From Anaerovoracaceae bacterium (GTDB lineage Bacteria > Verrucomicrobiota > Kiritimatiellia > RFP12 > UBA1067), in the NCBI GenBank assembly GCA_963629255.1, contig CAVGIZ010000001.1, positions 1 through 32,698 on the forward strand: 32,698 nt of DNA, written 5' to 3'. The position numbers were made by a program, and so were the translations under genes. Under the pieces are notes generated by a model. The model did no database searches. It was not told the DNA's origin and saw only the letters and a program-made list of their open reading frames with translations. Shown piece after piece: positions 1 to 8,588 of the stretch. Within the stretch, counting starts at the first letter, position 1, and each line of letters starts with the position of its first letter.

Positions 1-5
1 CCGCG

Positions 6-464
6 TCAAAAACCGCGGACGAATTTGGGACTGACGATGCGGCCGTTCGCATCGCGAAATGTGGTGCGACCTTGTTTATCCACTACGGAAGTGCCTGTTG
101 GACGACCATGTTTATCGCGATACATCGTCTTGCCAGACTTGTCAGTCACCGAAGATGCCGTTGGATGGCCTTGAGGGTCACGATAAATAATGCGATTGCG
201 CTTTTTATCCTGTTCACCAAAACCAATCGTCTGACCTTGCGGATTGCGAAACGTGGTCTTGCCATATTGGTCCAGCTTGGAGGTTCCAATTATGCGGCCA
301 TGCGAATCGCGATAGGTAATCGTTGGAATCGGCTTCGGTTGTGGTTGTGGCGGAGGCGTCTGAACTTTCTTTTGTTGCGGAGGTGGCGGCGGCTCTGGAG
401 CTGGGACAGTATTCCCCACGAGTGGCAAAATAACTGCCGCGGCGATCGCAAAATATTTATTCAT
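6..464 (-). CDS. Small secreted repeat protein (signal peptide, Pro-rich linker, five ~21-aa YD/RHS-like repeats)
   Basis: 152-aa ORF. Hydrophobic N-terminus MNKYFAIAAAVILPLVG. Linker PAPEPPPPPQQKKVQTPPPQPQPKP. Repeats T-x-[YF]-R-[DN]-x-x-G-[RQH]-x-x-G-x-x-x-x-D-x-x-G-[KR]. GGAGAG lies 6 nt upstream of ATG 464. Confidence 0.6.
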   Translation of the reverse strand: MNKYFAIAAAVILPLVGNTVPAPEPPPPPQQKKVQTPPPQPQPKPIPTITYRDSHGRIIGTSKLDQYGKTTFRNPQGQTIGFGEQDKKRNRIIYRDPQGHPTASSVTDKSGKTMYRDKHGRPTGTSVVDKQGRTTFRDANGRIVSPKFVRGF

Positions 465-486
465 GGCGTCTCTCCTTTAGTGGCAA

Positions 487-1764
487 TTAGAGGTTCGTAA
501 AATCAAGCGTGGCAAAATAATCGTCAAGCGTTTCGGCGCGGCGGATTTCCTTCACCTCGCCATTCGACTCCAACAAAAGTTCCGCGCTGCGAAGCTTGCC
601 ATTGTATTGAAAGCCCATAGAATGTCCATGCGCCCCCGCGTCACAAATGACAACAAGATCGCCCGATTCCAAAACTGGCAGCACACGCTGAATCGCGAAC
701 TTGTCATTGTTTTCGCACAAGGAGCCCGTCACATCATAGACGCTTGTTTCGCCCGAATTTTCCTTACCAGGTACGACAATCTCATGATACGCCCCATACA
801 TCGCTGGACGCATCAAGTTGGACATGCACGCGTCCAGCCCCGCGTAGAGGCGGTACGTATTCTTGATATGCAAGACACGCGCGACCAAGTAGCCATAAGG
901 CCCCGTGATGCAGCGCCCGCATTCCATAAAGAGCTTGATGGACTTGAGGCCGCGGCCTTCAATCAATTCGTCGTAGGCCTTCTCAATCCCCTTCCCGACA
1001 GTCTCAAGGCTCATCGCCTCTTGGTCGGGACGATACGGAATGCCAATTCCGCCGCCGATGTTGACAAATTCAAACGTGATACCCAGCTTCTCCGTGAGCT
1101 CGCCGACAAGCTCGAACAGCATGCGCGCCGTATCGATGATGTAATCGGCACTCAGCTCATTGGAAGCGACCATCGTATGCAATCCAAAGCGCGTCACGCC
1201 GGCTTCTTTCATGCGTGCATAACAATCAAAAAGTTGCTCGCGCGTCATGCCATACTTCGCTTCCTCCGGCTTGCCAATAATCGCATTGCCGCCCTTCAAA
1301 GGTCCTGGATTATATCGGCAGCAGAAGACATGCTCCGCGGCACTTTTCGACATCGGCCGCACACGCAATTCCTCAATCGTCTCACACACCGAATCCCAAT
1401 GCGTGATGTCGTCGAGGTTGATGATGGCCCCGAGTTCCCACGCCTTGCGAAATTCTGCCGCGGGCGTATCGTTCGACGTGAACATAATCGCCTCGCCCAC
1501 GTTGCCAACCTTTTCCGCCAGCACAAGTTCCGCCATCGACGAACAATCGCTCCCAAAATCAAACTCTTGAAGGAGTTTCATCAGGTGCGGATTCGGTGTC
1601 GCCTTGACCGCGAAATATTCGCGAAAGCCCTTGTTCCACGCGAAGGCCTTCCTCAGACGCTTCGCGTTTTCACGGATGGCCCGCGCGTCATAAATATGAA
1701 ACGGCGTCGGCCAACGCGCGGCGATTTCTTCCAGCTTAGCCTTATCAAACGGCAATTCTCTCAT
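487..1764 (-). CDS. lysA: PLP-dependent decarboxylase, Orn/DAP/Arg decarboxylase family 2 (probable diaminopimelate decarboxylase)
   Basis: 425 aa from ATG 1764, with GAGG 9 nt upstream. The ORF-track TTG at 1779 is 5 codons longer. Motifs: YFAVKATPN (PLP lysine context), IGGGIGIPY, SLCENND. It starts a few nt downstream of the thrS stop. Confidence 0.7.
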   Translation of the reverse strand: MRELPFDKAKLEEIAARWPTPFHIYDARAIRENAKRLRKAFAWNKGFREYFAVKATPNPHLMKLLQEFDFGSDCSSMAELVLAEKVGNVGEAIMFTSNDTPAAEFRKAWELGAIINLDDITHWDSVCETIEELRVRPMSKSAAEHVFCCRYNPGPLKGGNAIIGKPEEAKYGMTREQLFDCYARMKEAGVTRFGLHTMVASNELSADYIIDTARMLFELVGELTEKLGITFEFVNIGGGIGIPYRPDQEAMSLETVGKGIEKAYDELIEGRGLKSIKLFMECGRCITGPYGYLVARVLHIKNTYRLYAGLDACMSNLMRPAMYGAYHEIVVPGKENSGETSVYDVTGSLCENNDKFAIQRVLPVLESGDLVVICDAGAHGHSMGFQYNGKLRSAELLLESNGEVKEIRRAETLDDYFATLDFTNL

Positions 1765-1785
1765 GCGAGAAAACCTCAATTGGGA

Positions 1786-3519
1786 TTAGAGCTCGGCCTT
1801 GAGCTTGGCGAGGAACGTGTCCACCGTCATCGCGCCCAAATCGCCATCCGAACGCGACCGCACACTGATCGTGCCCGCCGCCTCATCGCGCGGACCAACC
1901 ACAATCTGGTACGGCACCTTCTGCAAGGTCGCCTCACGAATCTTCGCGCCCAGCTTCTCCGCCGAGACATCAACGTCTACGCGGAAATCTGCCGCGCGCA
2001 ACGCCGCCTGCACCTTCTTCGCGTAGTCCATTGCCTTGTCCGAAATCGGCAGAATGCGCACCTGTTCCGGCGCAAGCCACAGCGGAAACGCGCCCGCGTA
2101 GTGTTCAATCAAAATGCCAAAGAAGCGTTCAATCGAACCCAGCAACGCGCGGTGCACCATGTACGGCTGATGCTCCTTGCCATCGTCGCCAATGTACGTC
2201 AAGTTGAAGCGCTCCGGCAAGTTGAAGTCAAACTGCACGGTGCCGAGCTGCCACGGCCGCCCCAGCGCATCCTTGATCTTCATATCAATCTTCGGACCAT
2301 AAAACGCGCCGCCGCCTTCATCGACCTCATACGTCATGCCTTCCTGCTCAAGCGCATCACGCAACGATTGCGTTGCCTGTTCCCAACGCGCGGGGTCGCC
2401 CACCGCCTTCGCAGGCTTCGTCGAAAGGTACGCCTGAATGTCGTGGAAGCCAAACTTCCCCAGCATCTTGCGTGCAAACTCAACCGTGTCCTTGATCTCC
2501 TGGACAATCTGTTCTGGCGTGCAGAAAATGTGCGCATCGTCCTGAGTAAACCCACGCACACGGAAAAGCCCATGCCGCACGCCATCCTTCTCATAACGAT
2601 ACACCGTGCCAAGCTCCGCGAGACGCATCGGCAAATCACGATAGCTACGCTTCTTGAACTGATAAATCTGAATGTGGAACGGGCAGTTCATCGGCTTGAC
2701 GTAATATTCTTCAATGTACGCGTCATTGCCCGACCCTTCCTGCACCTTCATGCACGGGAACATCCCTTCCTTGTAGAAGCCCAAATGCCCCGACGTCTGC
2801 CACAAAATACTGCGCCCCACATGCGGCGTGTACACAATCTCGTAGCCCGCCTCATAATGTTTCCGCCGCCAATACTCCTCAATCGCCACACGAATACGCG
2901 CACCCTTCGGCAACCAGTGCGCCAAGCCCGGCCCCACCTGCTCCGTGATCGTGAAGAGCTCCAACTGCTTGCCCAAGACGCGGTGGTCACGCTTCTTCGC
3001 TTCTTCCTCGCGCGCAATCATCTCATCGAGCGCCGCCTGGTCCTTCGCGACAATCCCATACACGCGCTGCAACATCTTATTCTTCTCATCGCCGCGGTAG
3101 TACGACCCGGCGAGCCGCGTCAACTTCACGACTCCAATCTGCGCCGAATGCTCCACATGTGGCCCGCGGCACATCTCCACGTAATCACCCACCGTGTACG
3201 TCGAAATATCTTCCCCTTCCGGAATATCCGCCAAGCGCTCCAGCTTGTACTTCTGCCCCGCGAGCATCTTCGCACATTCCTCGCGCGACACCACCTTCTT
3301 CACGAACGGCTCATCCAACGCAATCAGCCGCGCAATCTCCTTCTCAATCTTCGGAAAATCCTCTGGCGTCAACCGATGGGGCAAATCAAAATCATAGTAA
3401 AACCCATCGTCCGTCGCAGGCCCAATATCGACCTGTACGTCGTCAAACAAACCCTGAATGGCACGCGCCATCAGGTGCGCGGCACTGTGACGCCGCATCG
3501 CATCTGTAATCTCAGCCAT
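1786..3519 (-). CDS. thrS: Threonine--tRNA ligase (short form starting at the editing domain, no TGS domain)
   Basis: 577 aa. N-terminus RRHSAAHLMARAI...GPATDDGFYYDFDL aligns with E. coli ThrRS from about residue 66. Class II motifs: YRDLPMRLAELGTVYRYE, FRVRGFTQDDAHIF, GGGAFYGPKID. AAGGAG lies 5 nt upstream of the ATG. Confidence 0.95.
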   Translation of the reverse strand: MAEITDAMRRHSAAHLMARAIQGLFDDVQVDIGPATDDGFYYDFDLPHRLTPEDFPKIEKEIARLIALDEPFVKKVVSREECAKMLAGQKYKLERLADIPEGEDISTYTVGDYVEMCRGPHVEHSAQIGVVKLTRLAGSYYRGDEKNKMLQRVYGIVAKDQAALDEMIAREEEAKKRDHRVLGKQLELFTITEQVGPGLAHWLPKGARIRVAIEEYWRRKHYEAGYEIVYTPHVGRSILWQTSGHLGFYKEGMFPCMKVQEGSGNDAYIEEYYVKPMNCPFHIQIYQFKKRSYRDLPMRLAELGTVYRYEKDGVRHGLFRVRGFTQDDAHIFCTPEQIVQEIKDTVEFARKMLGKFGFHDIQAYLSTKPAKAVGDPARWEQATQSLRDALEQEGMTYEVDEGGGAFYGPKIDMKIKDALGRPWQLGTVQFDFNLPERFNLTYIGDDGKEHQPYMVHRALLGSIERFFGILIEHYAGAFPLWLAPEQVRILPISDKAMDYAKKVQAALRAADFRVDVDVSAEKLGAKIREATLQKVPYQIVVGPRDEAAGTISVRSRSDGDLGAMTVDTFLAKLKAEL

Positions 3520-3540
3520 AATAGCTCCTTAAACAGCTGT

Positions 3541-3557
3541 ATATTATACCATATTTC
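3541..3557 (-). promoter_or_regulatory. Extended -10 promoter word (AAATATGGTATAATAT on minus strand) for thrS
   Basis: Reverse complement of atattataccatattt. The TATAAT (3548..3543) lies 23 nt upstream of thrS ATG 3519. The same 14-mer occurs at 7 other loci. Confidence 0.65.
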
Positions 3558-3632
3558 TGCCCAAATTGGTAGTAGGTATTTTTCACCCCAAAAATCTGCC
3601 GCGAAAAACACTTCCCCCTTCCATTGCGCCGC

Positions 3633-3649
3633 AAAATATGGTATAATAT
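3633..3649 (+). promoter_or_regulatory. Extended -10 promoter word AAAATATGGTATAATAT for uvrB
   Basis: TGGTATAAT with TATAAT at 3642-3647. The uvrB ATG at 3660 is only 12 nt downstream. Confidence 0.65.
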
Positions 3650-3659
3650 GCGCCACGTT

Positions 3660-5639
3660 ATGGATAGTCCATTCAAACTTCATTCGGCTTTCAAACCGAC
3701 AGGCGACCAACCAGAAGCCATTGCCAAGCTTTGCGAGGGCTTGCGGCGGGGCGATGATCGTCTTGTCTTGCAAGGCGTGACAGGCTCGGGCAAAACCTTC
3801 ACGATGGCCAACCTCATTGCCGCGTGGGGTCGGCCCACTTTAATCCTGTCCCATAACAAAACACTCGCCGCGCAGCTTTTCGCCGAGCTCAAGGAATTCT
3901 TCCCCCAAAATGCGGTTGAGTATTTCATCTCGTATTACGATTACTACCAGCCCGAGGCCTACATCCCGCAGACCGATACCTACATTGAAAAGGACGCCTC
4001 GATCAATGAAGAAATTGAACGCTATCGCCTGGCCGCCACCAACGCGCTCATTGCCCGCAAGGATGTCATCGTTGTTTCATCCGTCAGCTGCATTTATGGC
4101 TTGGGCGAATCGACGGAGTATCGCGATTTGGCGGTCGGCTTCAAGCGCGGCGAAAATGTCTCGCGCTCAAACCTCATCGCGCGCTTCGTGGAAGCCCAAT
4201 ATACGCGCAACGATTACGCCTTCACGCCTGGCACCTTCCGCGTCCGCGGCGACATTCTCGATGTCTTTCCCGCCTACGAAACGGAGGCAATTCGCATTGA
4301 ATTCTTTGGCGACGAAATTGATTCCATTCGCACGCTCGACCCGCTCACGGGCAAATGTGACGCGTCCCTTCCCGCGGCAGTTGTCACACCCGCCAAGCAA
4401 TTCGTTCTCGGCAAAGACAAATTTGAAGCGGCCTTCGCACGCATTGAAGCAGAGCTACAGGACCGCCTCAAATACTTCGAATCAAAAGGCAAACTCCTCG
4501 AAGCCCAACGCCTACGCGAGCGCACCGAATACGATATCGAAATGATGCGCGAGCTTGGCTATTGCAACGGCATTGAAAACTATTCGCGCCCCCTCACAGG
4601 CCGCGCCCCCGGCTCGCCGCCCGAATGCTTGCTCGACTATTTCCCGCCCGACTTTCTAACAATCATCGATGAATCACACGTCACGCTTCCGCAAGTACGC
4701 GCGATGTACAATGGCGACCAAGCCCGCAAAGGCCAACTCGTCGAATATGGCTTTCGCCTCCCGAGTGCCAAGGACAATCGCCCGCTCACGTTTGATGAAT
4801 TCAATTCCAAGGTCCATCAGATTGTGTATTGCTCGGCAACGCCGGGCGTCTACGAATGTGAGCAAGCCAAAACGTTCGCGGAGCAAGTCATTCGTCCAAC
4901 AGGTCTCCTCGATCCTGAAATTGAAATTCGTCCACTCAAGAATCAGATCGACGATTTGATTGAGGAGATTCATAAAACTGCCGCGGCGCATGACCGCGTC
5001 TTTGTGACGACTCTCACCAAAAAGAGCGCGGAAGATTTGACCAGCTACCTCCACGAAACGGGCATCCGCGTCGAATACTTGCATTCAGGCATCGACGCCA
5101 TCGAGCGCGTCCAAATCTTGCAACGTTTGCGCAAAGGCGAGTTCGATGTCCTCGTCGGCATCAATCTTCTCCGCGAAGGCTTGGATCTTCCTGAAGTCGC
5201 GCTCGTCGCAATCCTCGATGCGGATAAAGAAGGCTTCTTGCGTTCAACGACCTCGCTCGTGCAAACCGCTGGCCGCACCGCTCGCCACATCCATGGCCGC
5301 GTCATCCTTTATGCCGACCACGAGACCGACGCCATTCGCGACCTCCTGCGCATCACAAAGGCCCACCGCAAAAAGCAAATGACCTACAACAAGGTCCACA
5401 ACATCACACCGCACTCCGTCAAGCGCGCCATCAATGAATCCTCTTACGTCTTCCGCTCAACCGATAAAACTGCCGCGCACGCGGCAAATCTGCCGCGACC
5501 CGATGAAATGGACCCAAATGAACTCTTGGCTGAATTGACGCGCGATATGCTCGAAGCCGCCGACGCCCTTGAATTCGAACGTGCCGCTTATTTGCGCGAC
5601 CAAATCAAGGCTTTGAAGAAGAAGACGAAGAAAGCTTAA
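3660..5639 (+). CDS. uvrB: Excinuclease ABC subunit B
   Basis: 659 aa. MDSPFKLHSAFKPTGDQPEAI matches the E. coli UvrB N-terminus. Walker A GVTGSGKT. C-terminal UVR motif ALEFERAAYLRDQI. The ORF-track start at 3624 lies upstream of the -10 box. Confidence 0.95.
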   Translation: MDSPFKLHSAFKPTGDQPEAIAKLCEGLRRGDDRLVLQGVTGSGKTFTMANLIAAWGRPTLILSHNKTLAAQLFAELKEFFPQNAVEYFISYYDYYQPEAYIPQTDTYIEKDASINEEIERYRLAATNALIARKDVIVVSSVSCIYGLGESTEYRDLAVGFKRGENVSRSNLIARFVEAQYTRNDYAFTPGTFRVRGDILDVFPAYETEAIRIEFFGDEIDSIRTLDPLTGKCDASLPAAVVTPAKQFVLGKDKFEAAFARIEAELQDRLKYFESKGKLLEAQRLRERTEYDIEMMRELGYCNGIENYSRPLTGRAPGSPPECLLDYFPPDFLTIIDESHVTLPQVRAMYNGDQARKGQLVEYGFRLPSAKDNRPLTFDEFNSKVHQIVYCSATPGVYECEQAKTFAEQVIRPTGLLDPEIEIRPLKNQIDDLIEEIHKTAAAHDRVFVTTLTKKSAEDLTSYLHETGIRVEYLHSGIDAIERVQILQRLRKGEFDVLVGINLLREGLDLPEVALVAILDADKEGFLRSTTSLVQTAGRTARHIHGRVILYADHETDAIRDLLRITKAHRKKQMTYNKVHNITPHSVKRAINESSYVFRSTDKTAAHAANLPRPDEMDPNELLAELTRDMLEAADALEFERAAYLRDQIKALKKKTKKA

Positions 5640-6471
5640 TCGCGGGCGCCTTGATAAACGCAATCAGTGCCGCCTCCAAATCAGCATCCGCCACGCCCGT
5701 CCCCTTCTCTTTTCCCGCGCACCGCACATCCTCGCGGCACTTTTCCAATTGCGCCTTGAGCGCGGCAAATTTCGTTTGCCGCTTCTTCTCAATCTCCGCA
5801 AATTCTGCCGCGCGCGCGTCCAATTCCTTCAAGCGCGTGTCCGTTTCCTTCTGTTCCGCCGCGCACCACTCTTGCGCCACTTGAAGCGAATTAAACGAAA
5901 GATTTTCAGCCTTCCGATTCCATCCCCACAAGCGGCCCTTCGTCAAGTTCGTGCACACCAGCGTCACAGGATAATTCGTCACCGCGCCAATCGCCTGATA
6001 GATGCGCATCAGCTCATTTGTATCATGCGTGAAAATAGTCTGGTCATTTGAAAGTGCCGCGGAAAACCTCTTGTATTCGCGATTGAATTCTTTCTCTTCT
6101 TTCGCCACTGCATCCACGCACTCATCCAGCAACACGTCCCAAACATCAAGATACCCGCGCAAATCTTTGCCGCGTGCTTCCTCCGTCCATTCCCACGGGA
6201 GAACAACGTTCGAATGTGCCGTGAGCCACGCGTAAATTTCGCTGGCGCGTTCCTTGTCGCGCGGCGTCCATTTCGCAAGTGGCGTCTTCAAAATGGCCCG
6301 TTCCCAATCGTCCGTGATGCGATCGAGAATCTGCTCCAACCGCGGCACTTCTGCCGCGGACCGAGCGGGTGGCGCCTCATAAAAAAAGACCCGATACACA
6401 AGCGGCAAAACCATCATCACAAGAACGGAGATGATCAAGACTCGCATGAGTTCGCGTCGCTCTTTTCTCAT
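5605..6471 (-). CDS. Hypothetical single-pass membrane protein with C-terminal coiled-coil-like region
   Basis: 288 aa. AAGGAGAACGGAG lies directly upstream of ATG 6471. TM segment LMRVLIISVLVMMVLPLVY. No family recognised. It lies 33 nt downstream of the aconitase stop. Its 3' end overlaps the uvrB 3' end by 35 nt (convergent). Confidence 0.6.
   Translation of the reverse strand: MRKERRELMRVLIISVLVMMVLPLVYRVFFYEAPPARSAAEVPRLEQILDRITDDWERAILKTPLAKWTPRDKERASEIYAWLTAHSNVVLPWEWTEEARGKDLRGYLDVWDVLLDECVDAVAKEEKEFNREYKRFSAALSNDQTIFTHDTNELMRIYQAIGAVTNYPVTLVCTNLTKGRLWGWNRKAENLSFNSLQVAQEWCAAEQKETDTRLKELDARAAEFAEIEKKRQTKFAALKAQLEKCREDVRCAGKEKGTGVADADLEAALIAFIKAPAIKLSSSSSSKP
6340..6359. repeat. 20-nt hairpin word CCGCGGCA-CTTC-TGCCGCGG (copy 1)
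   Basis: Identical to 14621-14640. 8-bp arms with a 4-nt loop, built from an inverted pair of the abundant TGCCGCG word. Confidence 0.9.
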
Positions 6472-6504
6472 CTCCGTTCTCCTTATTTGGCCGTGCCGCT
6501 TCGC

Positions 6505-8430
6505 TTACAGCGAGGCGAGCAAGCCGCCCGACAAAATCAAATGCTTCTCGCGCGCCGACAAATTCGTTTGAACCGTGAACGACCCCTTCGGGCCCTTCAC
6601 GACCAGCTTGCCATCGCCTTCAACCGCCGCGCGAATGCCCTTCATTTCAAGCTTATCGCCCGCGGCCAATTTGTCGTAGTCCTTCGGATTCGTAAACACA
6701 AACGGCACAATGCCAAAGTTGATCAAGTTCGCACGGTGAATGCGTTCAATCGACTTGGCAATCACCGCCTTCACGCCCAAGTACATCGGGCACAACGCCG
6801 CATGCTCACGCGACGAACCCTGACCATAACTCTCTCCCGCCACAATGACGTTCGAAAGCCCCTTCTCGACATTCGCCAAGCACCGATCATGAAACGTCTT
6901 GTCGCACGGCTCAAACACATACTTCGAATACTCCGGCACATTCGACCGGAACTTCAGCCGCGCCCCCGCCGGCATAATGTGGTCCGTCGTAATCTTGTCC
7001 CCCACGCGAATCGCCACAATCCCCGCAACATCCTTTGCAAGCGCCACGCCTTTCGGCACCATCGCAATGTTCGGCCCGCGCACAATCTTCGTCCCCTTCA
7101 CGCCCTTGCGCGCCGTCCCGCGATACAAGAACATCGCATCATCAATCGGGAACTTCTTCGGCGCCGCCACAGCCGCCGTCCCCTTGCACACCGTCACCAC
7201 ACCCGTCAACGCCGATGCCGCGGCCGTCTCCGGCGAAACCAAATACACCTGCGCCGACTTCGTCCCCGTGCGCCCTTCAAAATTGCGATTGTTCGTCCGC
7301 AAACTCACCGCATTCGTCGCCGGGCTCATGTGCGCCCCAATGCAGAACCCACACGCATTCTCCAAAATGCGGCACCCAGCCTGAATCAAAATCCCAAGCG
7401 ATCCATCCGCCGCCAGCATATTCACAACCTGCCGCGACCCGCACGCAATCCCAACTTCCACCTCATCCGCAACATGCTTGCCCTTCAAAATCTGCGCCAC
7501 CGTGCGAATGTCACGATACGACGAATTCGTGCACGAGCCAATCATAATCTGATTGACCTTCTTGCCCGCAATCGACTTCACCGTAATCACATTCCCAGGA
7601 CTATGCGGCGCCGCGGCCATCGGCTCCAACTTGCTCAAATCAATCTCGAACGAATCGTCATATTCCGACCCCGCATCCGCGACAATCTCCACCCAATCTT
7701 TGCCGCGCCCCTGCGCCGTCAAAAACTGCTTCGTCACCTTGTCCGATGGAAACACGCTCGTCGTCACCCCAAGCTCCGCACCCATGTTCGTAATGGTCGC
7801 ACGCGACGGCACATCCAAACTCGCCACAGCCGGCCCGCAATACTCAAAAATCCAACCAACGTTCCCCTTCGTGCCAAACTTCTCCAGCACCTTCAAAATA
7901 ATGTCCTTCGCGCTCACGCCCTTCTTGAGCTTGCCCTTCAAGAAAATCGCGCGCACCTTCGGCGTCGGAATGTGAAACGCCCCGCCCGCCATCGCAACGG
8001 CAATATCAATCCCGCCCGCACCAATCGCAATCTGCCCAATGCCACCACCCGTCGGCGTGTGCGAATCGGACCCCAATAGCGTTGTCCCTGGCTTGCCAAA
8101 CCGCTCCAAATGCAACTGATGACAAATCCCATTCCCCGCCTTCGAATAAATGATGCCATACTTCTTCGCAATCGACGCAAGGAAGTCATGATCGTCCGCA
8201 TTCTCAAACCCAATCTGCACCGTGTTATGATCCACATAGCTCACGGCCAAATCATTCTTGATGTGCGCAACGCCCATCGATTCAAATTGCAAATACGCCA
8301 TCGTTCCTGTCGCATCCTGCGTCAGAGTCTGGTCAATACGAATACCAAGTTCAGAATCCTTCGCCGGATCACCCTCAACGAGGTGCGCGGCCAAGATCTT
8401 TTCAACGACGTTCTTAGGCTGTTTCTTCAT
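6505..8430 (-). CDS. Aconitate hydratase (about 640-aa aconitase-family enzyme with fused swivel domain)
   Basis: 641 aa from ATG 8430 (MKKQPKNVVEKILAAHL). Motifs: GSDSHT, IGSCTNSS, ENACGFCIG, ESYGQGSSREHAA. The 84-codon N-terminal extension in the ORF track runs through the promoter word. Confidence 0.85.
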   Translation of the reverse strand: MKKQPKNVVEKILAAHLVEGDPAKDSELGIRIDQTLTQDATGTMAYLQFESMGVAHIKNDLAVSYVDHNTVQIGFENADDHDFLASIAKKYGIIYSKAGNGICHQLHLERFGKPGTTLLGSDSHTPTGGGIGQIAIGAGGIDIAVAMAGGAFHIPTPKVRAIFLKGKLKKGVSAKDIILKVLEKFGTKGNVGWIFEYCGPAVASLDVPSRATITNMGAELGVTTSVFPSDKVTKQFLTAQGRGKDWVEIVADAGSEYDDSFEIDLSKLEPMAAAPHSPGNVITVKSIAGKKVNQIMIGSCTNSSYRDIRTVAQILKGKHVADEVEVGIACGSRQVVNMLAADGSLGILIQAGCRILENACGFCIGAHMSPATNAVSLRTNNRNFEGRTGTKSAQVYLVSPETAAASALTGVVTVCKGTAAVAAPKKFPIDDAMFLYRGTARKGVKGTKIVRGPNIAMVPKGVALAKDVAGIVAIRVGDKITTDHIMPAGARLKFRSNVPEYSKYVFEPCDKTFHDRCLANVEKGLSNVIVAGESYGQGSSREHAALCPMYLGVKAVIAKSIERIHRANLINFGIVPFVFTNPKDYDKLAAGDKLEMKGIRAAVEGDGKLVVKGPKGSFTVQTNLSAREKHLILSGGLLASL

Positions 8431-8437
8431 AGGCCGT

Positions 8438-8453
8438 ATATTATACCATATTT
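8438..8453 (-). promoter_or_regulatory. Extended -10 promoter word for the aconitase gene (leaderless geometry)
   Basis: The minus strand reads AAATATGGTATAATAT. TATAAT (8445..8440) is separated from ATG 8430 by 9 nt. TTGAAT lies 17 nt upstream of the -10. Confidence 0.65.
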
Positions 8454-8504
8454 CCGCCCCGCATTCAACCCCCCAAATCTCCTTTCCCCAAAGACATTGG
8501 TAAT

Positions 8505-8520
8505 CGCGTAAGCAACCTAA
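8505..8520. repeat. 16-mer CGCGTAAGCAACCTAA (copy 1 of 2)
   Basis: Identical 16-mer at 32678-32693, in the same orientation. Confidence 0.9.
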
Positions 8521-8588
8521 AGAAACCCACCTAAATGCGTCCATCGTTGCTTCCGCCCCAAAAGCCCCATCCAACCTTCGCGGGGGAA

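Noticed and set aside
607-3780. Very long plus-strand ORF (1057 aa) spanning lysA, thrS and the promoter region. Similar long ORFs lie at 28545-31976 (1143 aa), 6214-8079, 13460-14737, 18317-19498, 25174-26187 and 12243-13121.
   Set aside because: These are antisense shadow ORFs of well-supported genes in GC-rich DNA. Their translations are R/L/H/N/P-rich and low in complexity, with no recognisable motifs and no SDs. The opposite strand encodes highly conserved proteins.
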